64,000 nt of DNA, from NCBI GenBank assembly GCA_965203805.1, contig OZ241917.1:3072001-3136000 (forward strand), read 5' to 3'. This stretch comes from Candidatus Latescibacterota bacterium (lineage in GTDB: Bacteria > Latescibacterota > UBA2968 > GCA-2709665). Under the pieces are notes generated by a model. That model searched no databases and was not told where the DNA came from. It saw only the letters and a list, made by a program, of their open reading frames with translations. Below are positions 1-8,670 of the stretch, piece by piece; position 1 is the first letter of the stretch, and each line of letters opens with the position of its first letter. Made by a program: the position numbers and the translations under genes.

Positions 1-231
1 ACGGTCAATGCGTGTATCGTAAAGGACTCGGTACGGCTCATTCAGGACCGGCCCGATGACGCGCACGAAAACGTGAGATATACCAACTTCGGGTGGTACG
101 AAGACAGAAGAACGGGTCGGTTGATTATCACGCTTCCCGAGCAGTATCGCCGCATGGGCTGGGACGACATGGAGAAGCCCGAGGACTTCGCGGCGGATTG
201 CGTGAAATACACGGTGGATATAGGCGGGTAG
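1..231 (+). CDS. 3' end of a protein running in from the left edge; possibly BNR/sialidase-like
   Basis: Frame 1 is open from base 1 (TVNACIVKDSVRLIQDRP...VRYTNFGWYEDRRTG...YTVDIGG) to TAG at 229-231. Confidence 0.55.
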   Translation, partial: TVNACIVKDSVRLIQDRPDDAHENVRYTNFGWYEDRRTGRLIITLPEQYRRMGWDDMEKPEDFAADCVKYTVDIGG

Positions 232-300
232 ACGGGAGAGGGGAGATAATCAGAAAAACAGCTCACACAATGACCATCCTTTTTGCGCCGGCCCCAAGCC

Positions 301-408
301 GCTCCCTGAGCTTGCGTTGCCCTGAGCCTGTCGAAGGGTCGGCGAAGGGTGGTTGAGCCAGTCGAAGAGTAGCCGAGTGCGGGCATTTCGACAAGCTCAA
401 TGACCACG
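301..408. repeat. REP-like cluster of the CCCTGAGCCTGTCGAAGGG family (direct, nested and inverted units)
   Basis: ccctgagcttg 304-314, gccctgagcctgtcgaaggg 319-338, tggttgagccagtcgaa 350-366, inverted ttcgacaagctcaatgacca 387-406; lies between convergent genes. Confidence 0.75.
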
Positions 409-487
409 CTTTGACAGGTCGTTCCGACAAGAATATCGCAGGCACACCATACCCCTTTTGACGGAGCAGTCTTAAGACAACGCGAAA

Positions 488-2182
488 TCAGGACTCCACA
501 TACCTGGAGATGAGGTCCGCAGTGGCCGCATCTCCTTTTTTCTGCGCCCAGGCCAGGGGCGCCGACCACTCGGCGCCGGCAAGCGTCGGGTCGGCGCCGC
601 GTTCCAGATAGAGCTGCGCGAGATCGTACTTGCCCCACCGGACCGCCCAGCCCAGCGGCGTGGACTGCAGGAGATCGTCGATCACGTTCAGATCGGCGCC
701 GTGGTCGAGGAGGATGGTGGCAAAGGCGATCCGCTCGGGCTCTGTCATAATCGGCTCTCCCCAGACGATGCCGCAGGCCGCCAGGTGATGCGCGAGCCGG
801 TACCCGAATCGCCCCACCAGGTTCGGGCTGACGCCGTGGTCCAGAATCATGCGGAAGATTTCCGGATAGACCGTGCGGTCGAAGTCGCGGAATTTGCGGT
901 GGGGATTCGTGCGCCAGAGCCGGAGGGGCTGTTCGAGCAGGCCGAACCAGCGGTTGTCATCGGGTTCCCAGTCAAGTTGCCGCAGGCACATCCCCACGAT
1001 ATTCGGGTCGCCGCCGCATCCCGCGGCCCAGAGCAGCTTCTCGGCGATCGACGGGTCGTTGTGGAGGGCGACGGCAGCGGCCGACGTCTCGGCTTCGAGT
1101 CCGGCGGTAATGTGATCCAGAATCCCGCCGTATCGAAACAGCAGTCCCTTCATCCTGTCGTCCCGGTTGTTGTACGCCGCGGCCACGGGATTCCCGCTGG
1201 CATAGATGCTGGCGTTGGGATCCGCACCGCTCTCGAGCAGGAGTTCGGCAATTTCATGGCGGGAATTGCCCGCCGCATTGGCCAGGGGTTCGCCCCACGA
1301 ATACGGCCTGGATTCGTAGTGGTGCAGCTGATGCCGGTCGTCCGGGTGCAGACCCAGGTCGAGCAGCAGGCGTACCATGTCGATATCGTCGTTCCGGACG
1401 GCGATCTGCAATAGGCCGTCCCTCTCGCTGTCGTTGGACCGGAAGCGTTCGGGATGTTTTTTTGCGAACGTGCGAACGAAGTCGAAATCGCCAAGCGCGA
1501 CCGCGGATTCGATCGATTGTTCGCATCCCGCCTGCAGCAGGATGCCGGCGCAGATCAGACACCCTTCGTTGAGCGGCCTGTTGCGCCCGCGTACATTGAG
1601 GACCGCGCCGTCCAGAGGCGATTGGCCCTCGGGCGTGAGGTGGGTGATATCGGCGCCGCGATCGAGCAGTTCGCGAACCAGCCGGTAACGGCCGTGCGAC
1701 GCGGCCGCGTGGATCACGCTGCCGCCGTTGCGATGACAGGCATCCAGCAGGTCGGACTGACGATCCAGGATGTCGAGCGCGGCCTGCTCCCGCCCCTCCC
1801 CGACGGCCTCGAACAGCGCGTCGTTCTCGTCGGTTATCGTGATATTCTTGCAGGCGGCCAGCTTGCGTTTTTCGTCTTCTTCCCTGATCACGTGGACGAT
1901 GTCGTCCAGGCCGCGTTCCCGCGCCATCGTAAACGCGCCGGTGGCGTCGCGGTGGGGGTAGATGCCCGAGTTGTGGTCCGCACCCGCTTCCATGAGAGCG
2001 CGGACCGCATCGATGCGCCGGTTCATCACCGCGTAGTGAATCGCGCGGTGCTCGTTGTTTTCGGCCATGTGGACGTTCACCAGATCGGGCTGCTCGCCAA
2101 GGATCTGTCTAATCCGCGAGACATCGCCGCTGCCTGCCGCCTCACATAGATCCGCGACCCTGTAGGATCCGTTGCCGGCCAT
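488..2182 (-). CDS. Ankyrin-repeat protein
   Basis: 564 aa with several ANK-like motifs (AIHYAV..AVRALMEAGAD, VIHAAA..LLDRGAD, TPLGWAV..LERGADP). Confidence 0.9.
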   Translation of the reverse strand: MAGNGSYRVADLCEAAGSGDVSRIRQILGEQPDLVNVHMAENNEHRAIHYAVMNRRIDAVRALMEAGADHNSGIYPHRDATGAFTMARERGLDDIVHVIREEDEKRKLAACKNITITDENDALFEAVGEGREQAALDILDRQSDLLDACHRNGGSVIHAAASHGRYRLVRELLDRGADITHLTPEGQSPLDGAVLNVRGRNRPLNEGCLICAGILLQAGCEQSIESAVALGDFDFVRTFAKKHPERFRSNDSERDGLLQIAVRNDDIDMVRLLLDLGLHPDDRHQLHHYESRPYSWGEPLANAAGNSRHEIAELLLESGADPNASIYASGNPVAAAYNNRDDRMKGLLFRYGGILDHITAGLEAETSAAAVALHNDPSIAEKLLWAAGCGGDPNIVGMCLRQLDWEPDDNRWFGLLEQPLRLWRTNPHRKFRDFDRTVYPEIFRMILDHGVSPNLVGRFGYRLAHHLAACGIVWGEPIMTEPERIAFATILLDHGADLNVIDDLLQSTPLGWAVRWGKYDLAQLYLERGADPTLAGAEWSAPLAWAQKKGDAATADLISRYVES

Positions 2183-2293
2183 CTCTGTTCCTTTCCGGGT
2201 TTGCCCGTCACCCGATTTCGCCAGCGAAGGCTTCGCCGCTTGCGCATAACCTGAACTCGAATTTCCGAAACCGCAGGCCCCACCGTAAACAGC

Positions 2294-2851
2294 TCAAAGG
2301 CCGTACTCGAAGCTGAGTTCTCTCTTCACATCCGTTTTCTCGACGCTCCGTTTGATATCCTCCATCAAGTCCAGCCACCTGTGTTCCCTGAATTTCTCGA
2401 AGTCGAGGACGAATCCCGGTAGCGCCCTGCTCTCGATCCGGCCGGCCGGCTCCTGCCCGAGCACCTCGAATTTCCCGCCTCGAAGCTGGTACCACGTCGC
2501 CGGTTTGCCATTTTCCACGAACAACGCCTCCTGGACGCCGGAAGCTTCGTAAATCTGGCGTTTCTTTCCCAGATCCGTAAATCCGTGCTTGGACTCGATT
2601 TCAAGCACGAAATTCGGCGGCCCCTCGTAGACCTGATGATCGTGGTTCTTGTGGCAGATTTGCCGGGGTCCGTTTCTTCGCACGATAACGCCCACGTTCG
2701 GATAGACCATAACATCCGTCTTTCCGGCATAGCTGAGCCGTACCGGAGGGAAGAGGACCACGTCCATACCTGTAGCAATCATACGGTAGTAATTGATCAC
2801 GGTAAGCACGTCCGCATGAAATCGCGACACGTTCGCGTCGGGTATCCACAT
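2294..2851 (-). CDS. Uma2-family (DUF820) endonuclease-like protein
   Basis: EGPPNFVLEIES..DLGKKRQIYEASGVQE, IESRALPGFVLD; the canonical PD is PN. Confidence 0.75.
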   Translation of the reverse strand: MWIPDANVSRFHADVLTVINYYRMIATGMDVVLFPPVRLSYAGKTDVMVYPNVGVIVRRNGPRQICHKNHDHQVYEGPPNFVLEIESKHGFTDLGKKRQIYEASGVQEALFVENGKPATWYQLRGGKFEVLGQEPAGRIESRALPGFVLDFEKFREHRWLDLMEDIKRSVEKTDVKRELSFEYGL

Positions 2852-2932
2852 GATTATCCTCCCTACGGTTCGATTCCGTTCGATGTCATCCCAATTGCTG
2901 TCTCAATTCGTCCTTAGCGTGGCTGGACGCAT

Positions 2933-5326
2933 TTATTCGCGGCGCAGAGCCTCTATGGGATTGGCGCTTGAGGCTCTAAAGCACTGGAATCCGACAACCA
3001 GCAACGTGCCGAGAACAGATCCCACCGCAGTGACAACAAAGGGGAACAGGCCCAGGTCCGCGCGATAGGCGAAATCCTGCAGCCAGTCCTGCATGAGGAC
3101 ATAAGCAAACGGCCATGCGATGAGATTGGCGATAAGCACCAGCCTGGTGAATTCGGCGCCCAACAGGAGCGCGATTCTGCCGAAGGATGCGCCGAAGACT
3201 CTGCGAATGCCAATCTCCTTGCGGCGGCGTTCGCCCGTGTGGGCGGCGAGACCAAGCAGGCCGATAGAGGCGATGAGAAACGAGACTCCGAATCCAACGG
3301 CAAATATGCGCTGGAAGCGCAGGTATTTTCCGTAATTGACCTCCAGCCGGTCATCGAGAAACGCATACCTGAATGGACGAACCGGGATGAAGGTCTTCCA
3401 GATTTCTTCGAGGCCATGCATGGTCTCGCCGATGTTTCCGGCTGCGAGTCGCAAGTTGACCACGCGAAAGGAACGCGGGCGCAAAACAAAGGCATTGGCG
3501 TGAAGTTTTTCAGTCAGCCGGCGCATGTGAAAGTCTTCTACGACGCCAATGATCCAGCCTTCATTATCCTGAAGTTTGAACGGTTTTCCAACGGGATTTT
3601 CAAGCCCGAGTTTCTCCACCGCTGTCTCGTTGAGAATATAGGCACGTTCGAAATCGCTTTTGATGCCAACGGAGAAATTGCGTCCCGCAAGGAGGTCCAC
3701 GCCAATCATGGGGAACAGATCTTCGTCAATGCTGTATTGCCGTATGTCGAACGCAGCGCCCGATGGATCGAGGACCATTTCCTTTCTGCTTGTCCAGCCT
3801 TCGCCCGGGAGGCTTGCGGATGCTGTTGCCGCCAGCACATCGGGGTGTTCGAGAAAGCGCCGCTTCACTTCGTTGTAGGTTTTCCTCAGCGATCCATCGA
3901 CGTCAAAGATGCGGAGCGCGAGGATGTTTTCTTTCTTGAATCCCAGGTCTTTATTCAGGACATAGTCGAGTTGGACAAAGGCGACAAGAGCGACAAAGAC
4001 GAGAAAGATGGAGATGGCGAACTGGATGATCACGAGAACCTTGCGGGGAAATGATCCGGTGGACCCCGAAGCGGTTTGGCTGTGCAATGCGGCAACAGGG
4101 GAAAATCGGCTGAGGAGAAAGGCTGGATAAATGCCCGAGAACAGACCGACCAGAACCGTTGCAGCCAGGAGTACAATCGCCATGTCCGGCTCCAGAAAGG
4201 CAGAGAGTGGTTCCGTCTGTCCAACGATTTGTTGCCAGTAAGGCCGGGTCATGCCCGTGAGGACGAGACACAAGGGCAGCGCGAGAAACGTGAGTAATAC
4301 AGACTCGAGAAGGAATTGGAGTGCCAACTGTCGATGGCCCGCGCCAACGACCTTTCGCATACCCACTTCTTTGGCCCGAAGGGCCGCACGCGCGGTCGAG
4401 AGATTGACAAAATTGATACTGGCGACGAATAAGACGAGCATGCCGATGGCGGTCAGGGCGCGAACCACTTTGAGATCGCCGGCGGCAATGCCGGTTCCCG
4501 GACCGCTGATGCCTTCGGGGAAATCTTCAAGGCCATGGAGACGCATTCGCAAGAGCGGTTGCAGGCGGTGGCTGGTTGTGTTTTCCGCGTTTTCTTCGGG
4601 TATCGCCAGCGCACGCAATTGCTGCTCGGTTCGCGCCGGATCTGCATCCGTGCGCAGGCGGATGAAGGTCTGCACCCACCGAAATGAGGTGCGGAATTCC
4701 CAGTTGGACCAGGCAGTGCGAACGCCTGCCGGAAGGGTGGCGGTTACAAAGTAAGGATTGAAATGCGTGTTCCGGGGTTGCTCGTCCAGAATTCCGGTGA
4801 CAATGTAATCGCCCCACTGACATTCGAGTACTTTGCCCATGGGGTCTTCCCCGGTCGGGAAGAATTCGTCAACTGCTTCTTGCGAGATAACCACACCGCC
4901 GGATCGTTTGAGCGCCTGGCTGCGATCGCCACGTTTTAGTTTGATCCCCCAGAATGCGAGATAGTTGGGATCGGCATACCAGAAAGCACGTCGTTGGGCA
5001 AACCGGCGATATCGCACCCATCGATGGCCGGGACGGATGCGGCTCGCCGATTCAATTGCGGCAATGGATTCGATCATTTCGGGAGTGAGCGCAGCGTGGG
5101 TGTCGACCTGGAAATCCATCTTGTACGGCGTGGTCAATTGCCGCAATACCCGGTACGTGCGATCGGCCCCGGGGCGAAACGTATCGAAGCTGGTTTCGTG
5201 AGCGACGTAGAGCCACGTCAGGAGCATGCACGTGAGACCAACGCTCAGGCCGAAGAGGTTGGCCAGCGTAACCCATCGCTGGCGAATGATGTGCCGGCAG
5301 GCGACTGTGAGAATATTGCGTAGAAT
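2933..5326 (-). CDS. ABC transporter permease (MacB-PCD/FtsX, double); probable ATT start
   Basis: INFVNLSTARAALRAKEVGMRKVVGA, RRKEIGIRRVFGAS, NPIEALRRE; homologous N-terminus ILRNILTVACR begins at ATT 5326. Confidence 0.88.
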   Translation of the reverse strand: MLRNILTVACRHIIRQRWVTLANLFGLSVGLTCMLLTWLYVAHETSFDTFRPGADRTYRVLRQLTTPYKMDFQVDTHAALTPEMIESIAAIESASRIRPGHRWVRYRRFAQRRAFWYADPNYLAFWGIKLKRGDRSQALKRSGGVVISQEAVDEFFPTGEDPMGKVLECQWGDYIVTGILDEQPRNTHFNPYFVTATLPAGVRTAWSNWEFRTSFRWVQTFIRLRTDADPARTEQQLRALAIPEENAENTTSHRLQPLLRMRLHGLEDFPEGISGPGTGIAAGDLKVVRALTAIGMLVLFVASINFVNLSTARAALRAKEVGMRKVVGAGHRQLALQFLLESVLLTFLALPLCLVLTGMTRPYWQQIVGQTEPLSAFLEPDMAIVLLAATVLVGLFSGIYPAFLLSRFSPVAALHSQTASGSTGSFPRKVLVIIQFAISIFLVFVALVAFVQLDYVLNKDLGFKKENILALRIFDVDGSLRKTYNEVKRRFLEHPDVLAATASASLPGEGWTSRKEMVLDPSGAAFDIRQYSIDEDLFPMIGVDLLAGRNFSVGIKSDFERAYILNETAVEKLGLENPVGKPFKLQDNEGWIIGVVEDFHMRRLTEKLHANAFVLRPRSFRVVNLRLAAGNIGETMHGLEEIWKTFIPVRPFRYAFLDDRLEVNYGKYLRFQRIFAVGFGVSFLIASIGLLGLAAHTGERRRKEIGIRRVFGASFGRIALLLGAEFTRLVLIANLIAWPFAYVLMQDWLQDFAYRADLGLFPFVVTAVGSVLGTLLVVGFQCFRASSANPIEALRRE

Positions 5327-5329
5327 GAA

Positions 5330-7705
5330 TTATTCCTGGCTCAGGACGTCGACGGGGTTGGCACGGGCCGCGTTCCGGGCAAGATGAGCCACCGTCCCGG
5401 CGGCGATAAGGAGGGTGATGGACAGACTCAGGAGGAACGGCCAGACTGTGAGATCGATACGGTATGCAAAATTCCGCAGCCAGTCCTGTGTCAACAGATA
5501 GGCAACGGGACAGGCAACCGCCCCGGCCAGAAGGGCCAGTACCGGGAATTCCCGGGCAACCCGAAGCATGAGATGCCCCTCGGAAGCGCCCACGGCTTTG
5601 CGGATCGCGATCTCGCGGGTTCGCCGTTGTGCCGCAAATGCGGCGAGGCCCACCGTGCCCAGACACGCCAGGAGCACGGCGACGACGGCAGACCGGAATG
5701 CGAGCGCCCCCTGGCGGTGCTCATGACCGTACTTGGATTCCACGTAGTCTTCGATGAAGAAGCTCTCGAAAGGGACCGTCGGGACCAATTGAGACCAGAG
5801 CTCGTCAATGTCTGAAAGCGCTACCCGCTCACGATGGCGTTTGATCTTCAGATGCAGATATTTCAGATTCGGTCCCGCTGCCGACAACACCAGCGGGACC
5901 ATGGGTTCTCTCAGCGAGCGTACGTGAAAGTCCCGGATCACCCCCACGACCCGTACGGGTCGCCCATTGAGCAGGAACGCCTGTCCCACGGGCCGGGTCC
6001 AGCCGAATTTCTCCGCCGCCGTCTCGTTTATCATTACTTCGGTCACGTCGTCCCAACCGGTTGTCCGTTCGGCGTAAGCCTGCGAAAAACCCCTTCCCGA
6101 CAGAATCGGAATCTCATAACAATCGAGGAAATCTTCATTCGCTCGAAAAACCCGCGCTTCAAACTCTCGATCCGGCGAATCCACAGGCGATACAAACCTT
6201 CGTTTGGGCCAGCTGTGCCCCGGCAGGTCCAGGCTCGCGGCGGCCGATATGATATCGGGATGGTCCAGAAACCGCCGTTTGACCGCGTTATAGCGGCTGT
6301 TCAAGGGCAGTCGCTCGGCATCGGGTCCGAAAATCTTTACGACAACCACCCCTTCCCGCCGAAACCCCAGATCCCGCGTCCGCACCAGGTCCATCTGCAG
6401 ATAGACGACGAACGTGATCGCAATGAGGACTGTGGATGCCGCGAACTGCATAATCACCAGAAATCTGCGCACCCAGAGATCTCTCGGGAGTCCCCTGCGC
6501 AGGCCCCTGAATATATCCACCGGCTGGTGGGCCGACATGTAAAGACCGGGATAGATTCCGGATACGAGGCCGGTGATCGCGGTTACGGCGAGAATCCAGT
6601 GAATCTGTTCGACGACGTTGAAAACAAGCGGCTCGCCCATCAACGTCGAATACTGGGGCAGGAGGGCCCAGGTCAATCCGATGGATACCGGAAGCGCGGC
6701 AATGGTGAACAGAAGGGACTCACACAGGAATTGACCGACCACGTCACGGCGACGTGCGCCGGCGACCCTGCGAAGACCTGCCTCGCGGGCGCGAAGGGCC
6801 GACCTTGCGGTGGCCAGATTCATGAAGTTGATGCACGCGATGATGAGGATGCTCAGACCGAGGACCGATAACGGATAGAGATCGCGAACGTCGCCGTACA
6901 ACATCCCCGAGTCGCCCTTGAAACCCTCCAGGTCGATTTTGGAGTACAGGTGGATGCGCGGCATGGGCTGGAGCCGGTACGTCGCACGGCCGGAATCCGT
7001 GGGAAACCGGGCGGCAAGCGCCCGCTCCACCGCCGCGGTGTCCGCGTCCGGCCGCAGGCGGATGAAGATCGGCGCCGCCCGGATCGCCCAGTTGCCCGAC
7101 GTGAAATGCGTAACGCTGTCGAACTCGAAACGTGTATTGGTGGGAAGATTCTCCATGACGGCGATAACATTGAATGCCTGAACATGGGTTTCCCGCTGTA
7201 CCTCCACCGACCTGCCCACGGGATCCGCATCGCCGAACAACTTTCCTGCAAGGCTCCTCGTCAGCACTATGGACGCGTCACGGCGGGAAAGCGAGGCAGC
7301 ATCGCCGTGAACAACGTCGAGCCCGAAAAAGCCCAGGGCGTCGCCGTCGACGGGACAGAGGCGCTGGCGAAATATCCGGCCTTCCGCGCGAAACCAGGAG
7401 CTGATCTGGCGGTACTGGACCACATCCTCCACCTGGGGATGGTCATTGCGCAGACTCACGGCGACCTTCGCCGGCAGCGCGCTCTGCCATCGGATGCGGC
7501 CGCGCTGGTCGATGTTCTTTCTCATCACGCGGTAGACGCGATCCGCATGGGGACGAAAGTCGTCGTAGCTCATCTCATAGCGGATATACAGCATGATGAG
7601 CACGGCGCAGGTCAATCCGATCACCAGGCTGGCAACGCTGATCGCGGTGTACGTCCTGTTCCGGACCGCGTTGCGAATCGCGACTGTGAGGAAGTTGTAT
7701 AGAAT
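5330..7705 (-). CDS. ABC transporter permease (MacB-PCD/FtsX, double); probable ATT start
   Basis: INFMNLATARSALRAREAGLRRVAGA, RTREIAIRKAVGAS, NPVDVLSQE; N-terminus ILYNFLTVAIRN begins at ATT 7705. Confidence 0.88.
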   Translation of the reverse strand: MLYNFLTVAIRNAVRNRTYTAISVASLVIGLTCAVLIMLYIRYEMSYDDFRPHADRVYRVMRKNIDQRGRIRWQSALPAKVAVSLRNDHPQVEDVVQYRQISSWFRAEGRIFRQRLCPVDGDALGFFGLDVVHGDAASLSRRDASIVLTRSLAGKLFGDADPVGRSVEVQRETHVQAFNVIAVMENLPTNTRFEFDSVTHFTSGNWAIRAAPIFIRLRPDADTAAVERALAARFPTDSGRATYRLQPMPRIHLYSKIDLEGFKGDSGMLYGDVRDLYPLSVLGLSILIIACINFMNLATARSALRAREAGLRRVAGARRRDVVGQFLCESLLFTIAALPVSIGLTWALLPQYSTLMGEPLVFNVVEQIHWILAVTAITGLVSGIYPGLYMSAHQPVDIFRGLRRGLPRDLWVRRFLVIMQFAASTVLIAITFVVYLQMDLVRTRDLGFRREGVVVVKIFGPDAERLPLNSRYNAVKRRFLDHPDIISAAASLDLPGHSWPKRRFVSPVDSPDREFEARVFRANEDFLDCYEIPILSGRGFSQAYAERTTGWDDVTEVMINETAAEKFGWTRPVGQAFLLNGRPVRVVGVIRDFHVRSLREPMVPLVLSAAGPNLKYLHLKIKRHRERVALSDIDELWSQLVPTVPFESFFIEDYVESKYGHEHRQGALAFRSAVVAVLLACLGTVGLAAFAAQRRTREIAIRKAVGASEGHLMLRVAREFPVLALLAGAVACPVAYLLTQDWLRNFAYRIDLTVWPFLLSLSITLLIAAGTVAHLARNAARANPVDVLSQE

Positions 7706-7759
7706 CGTCGAACTCAGTGTTGCGCGTTCAGCGCCCGCTTGCGAAGTTCCTCGGCGGTT

Positions 7760-8548
7760 TCAGGATTCCCAAACGTACACTTTTTTACGGTAGACGGTCT
7801 CGAAACCATTGCGTTTCAGGTTGCCCAGCGAGGTCTTCAGCATCGCGAGGGTCTCGCTGCACGCCACCCGGCACCCCAGTTCCGCGGCGCGATTCAGGCG
7901 CGCCCTGATAAGCGCGTTCTGTCCGCCCTTCTTTCTGTGCGCCTCGGCGGTCCCCGCCCATCCGAGATAGGCGAAGTCGCCATCGCAGGCGAGGATGGCC
8001 GCGCTGACGGGCGCGCCGGCCTCGTACGCCATGAAATGCTCGAATCCGGCCTGCTCGATACTCTCGAAGAAAAACGAACTCGGCCAGGGCTCGAAGATGC
8101 GGACAACCGCATCCCTGTTCTCCTCGACCTCGCCGCGCGAAACGCGGCGCACTTCGAGAGGTGTCTGAAAGGGCGACCCGGGTTCAACGGTACGAATCAG
8201 CGTGGGATACGTGGTCCCCTTGAATGGCGTGAGACCGTTGTCCTGCAGCCACCCGCCGATCTCTTCTTCCTGTGGATTCGGGCTCAGCCAGAAGAAAAAC
8301 CGTTCGACCTCCGAATCCCTGAATACGCTCAGTATTTCCAATAAATCGGTCCGCGAAACCTTGCCCCCGCATCCGAAAAAATACACGCCGTTCCGGTTCG
8401 CTGATGGAAAAGGCGATGACGCGGAAGAAGGATCCAAAGTAACGATCGCGCTTTCGATTTGTACCTGCATCCTCGAATCGTGCGGGACGCAATCGAGTTC
8501 CTTTTGCCGGATCGCCATCAATCGTCGCGCAATTTCATCGGGTCTCAT
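7760..8548 (-). CDS. GNAT-family N-acetyltransferase
   Basis: C-terminal AYLGWAGTAEAHRKKGGQNALIRAR and SLGNLKRNGF acetyl-CoA motifs. Confidence 0.8.
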   Translation of the reverse strand: MRPDEIARRLMAIRQKELDCVPHDSRMQVQIESAIVTLDPSSASSPFPSANRNGVYFFGCGGKVSRTDLLEILSVFRDSEVERFFFWLSPNPQEEEIGGWLQDNGLTPFKGTTYPTLIRTVEPGSPFQTPLEVRRVSRGEVEENRDAVVRIFEPWPSSFFFESIEQAGFEHFMAYEAGAPVSAAILACDGDFAYLGWAGTAEAHRKKGGQNALIRARLNRAAELGCRVACSETLAMLKTSLGNLKRNGFETVYRKKVYVWES

Positions 8549-8595
8549 GTCGGTGGTCGCAGTGATGACGTGCGGTCTATGGTGATTCGATTCAC

Positions 8596-8670
8596 TATCG
8601 TTACTCGTTTTCTCGTGCTTTTGTCGCGCTTATTGGTTTTCCTCGTTTTCTCGTGCCTTTCTCGTGCTTT
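8596..8670. repeat. Degenerate short tandem array with a CTCGT core
   Basis: CTCGT cores at 8604, 8612, 8642, 8650 and 8661 (ctcgtttt/ctcgtgct), directly after the uvrA stop. Confidence 0.7.
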
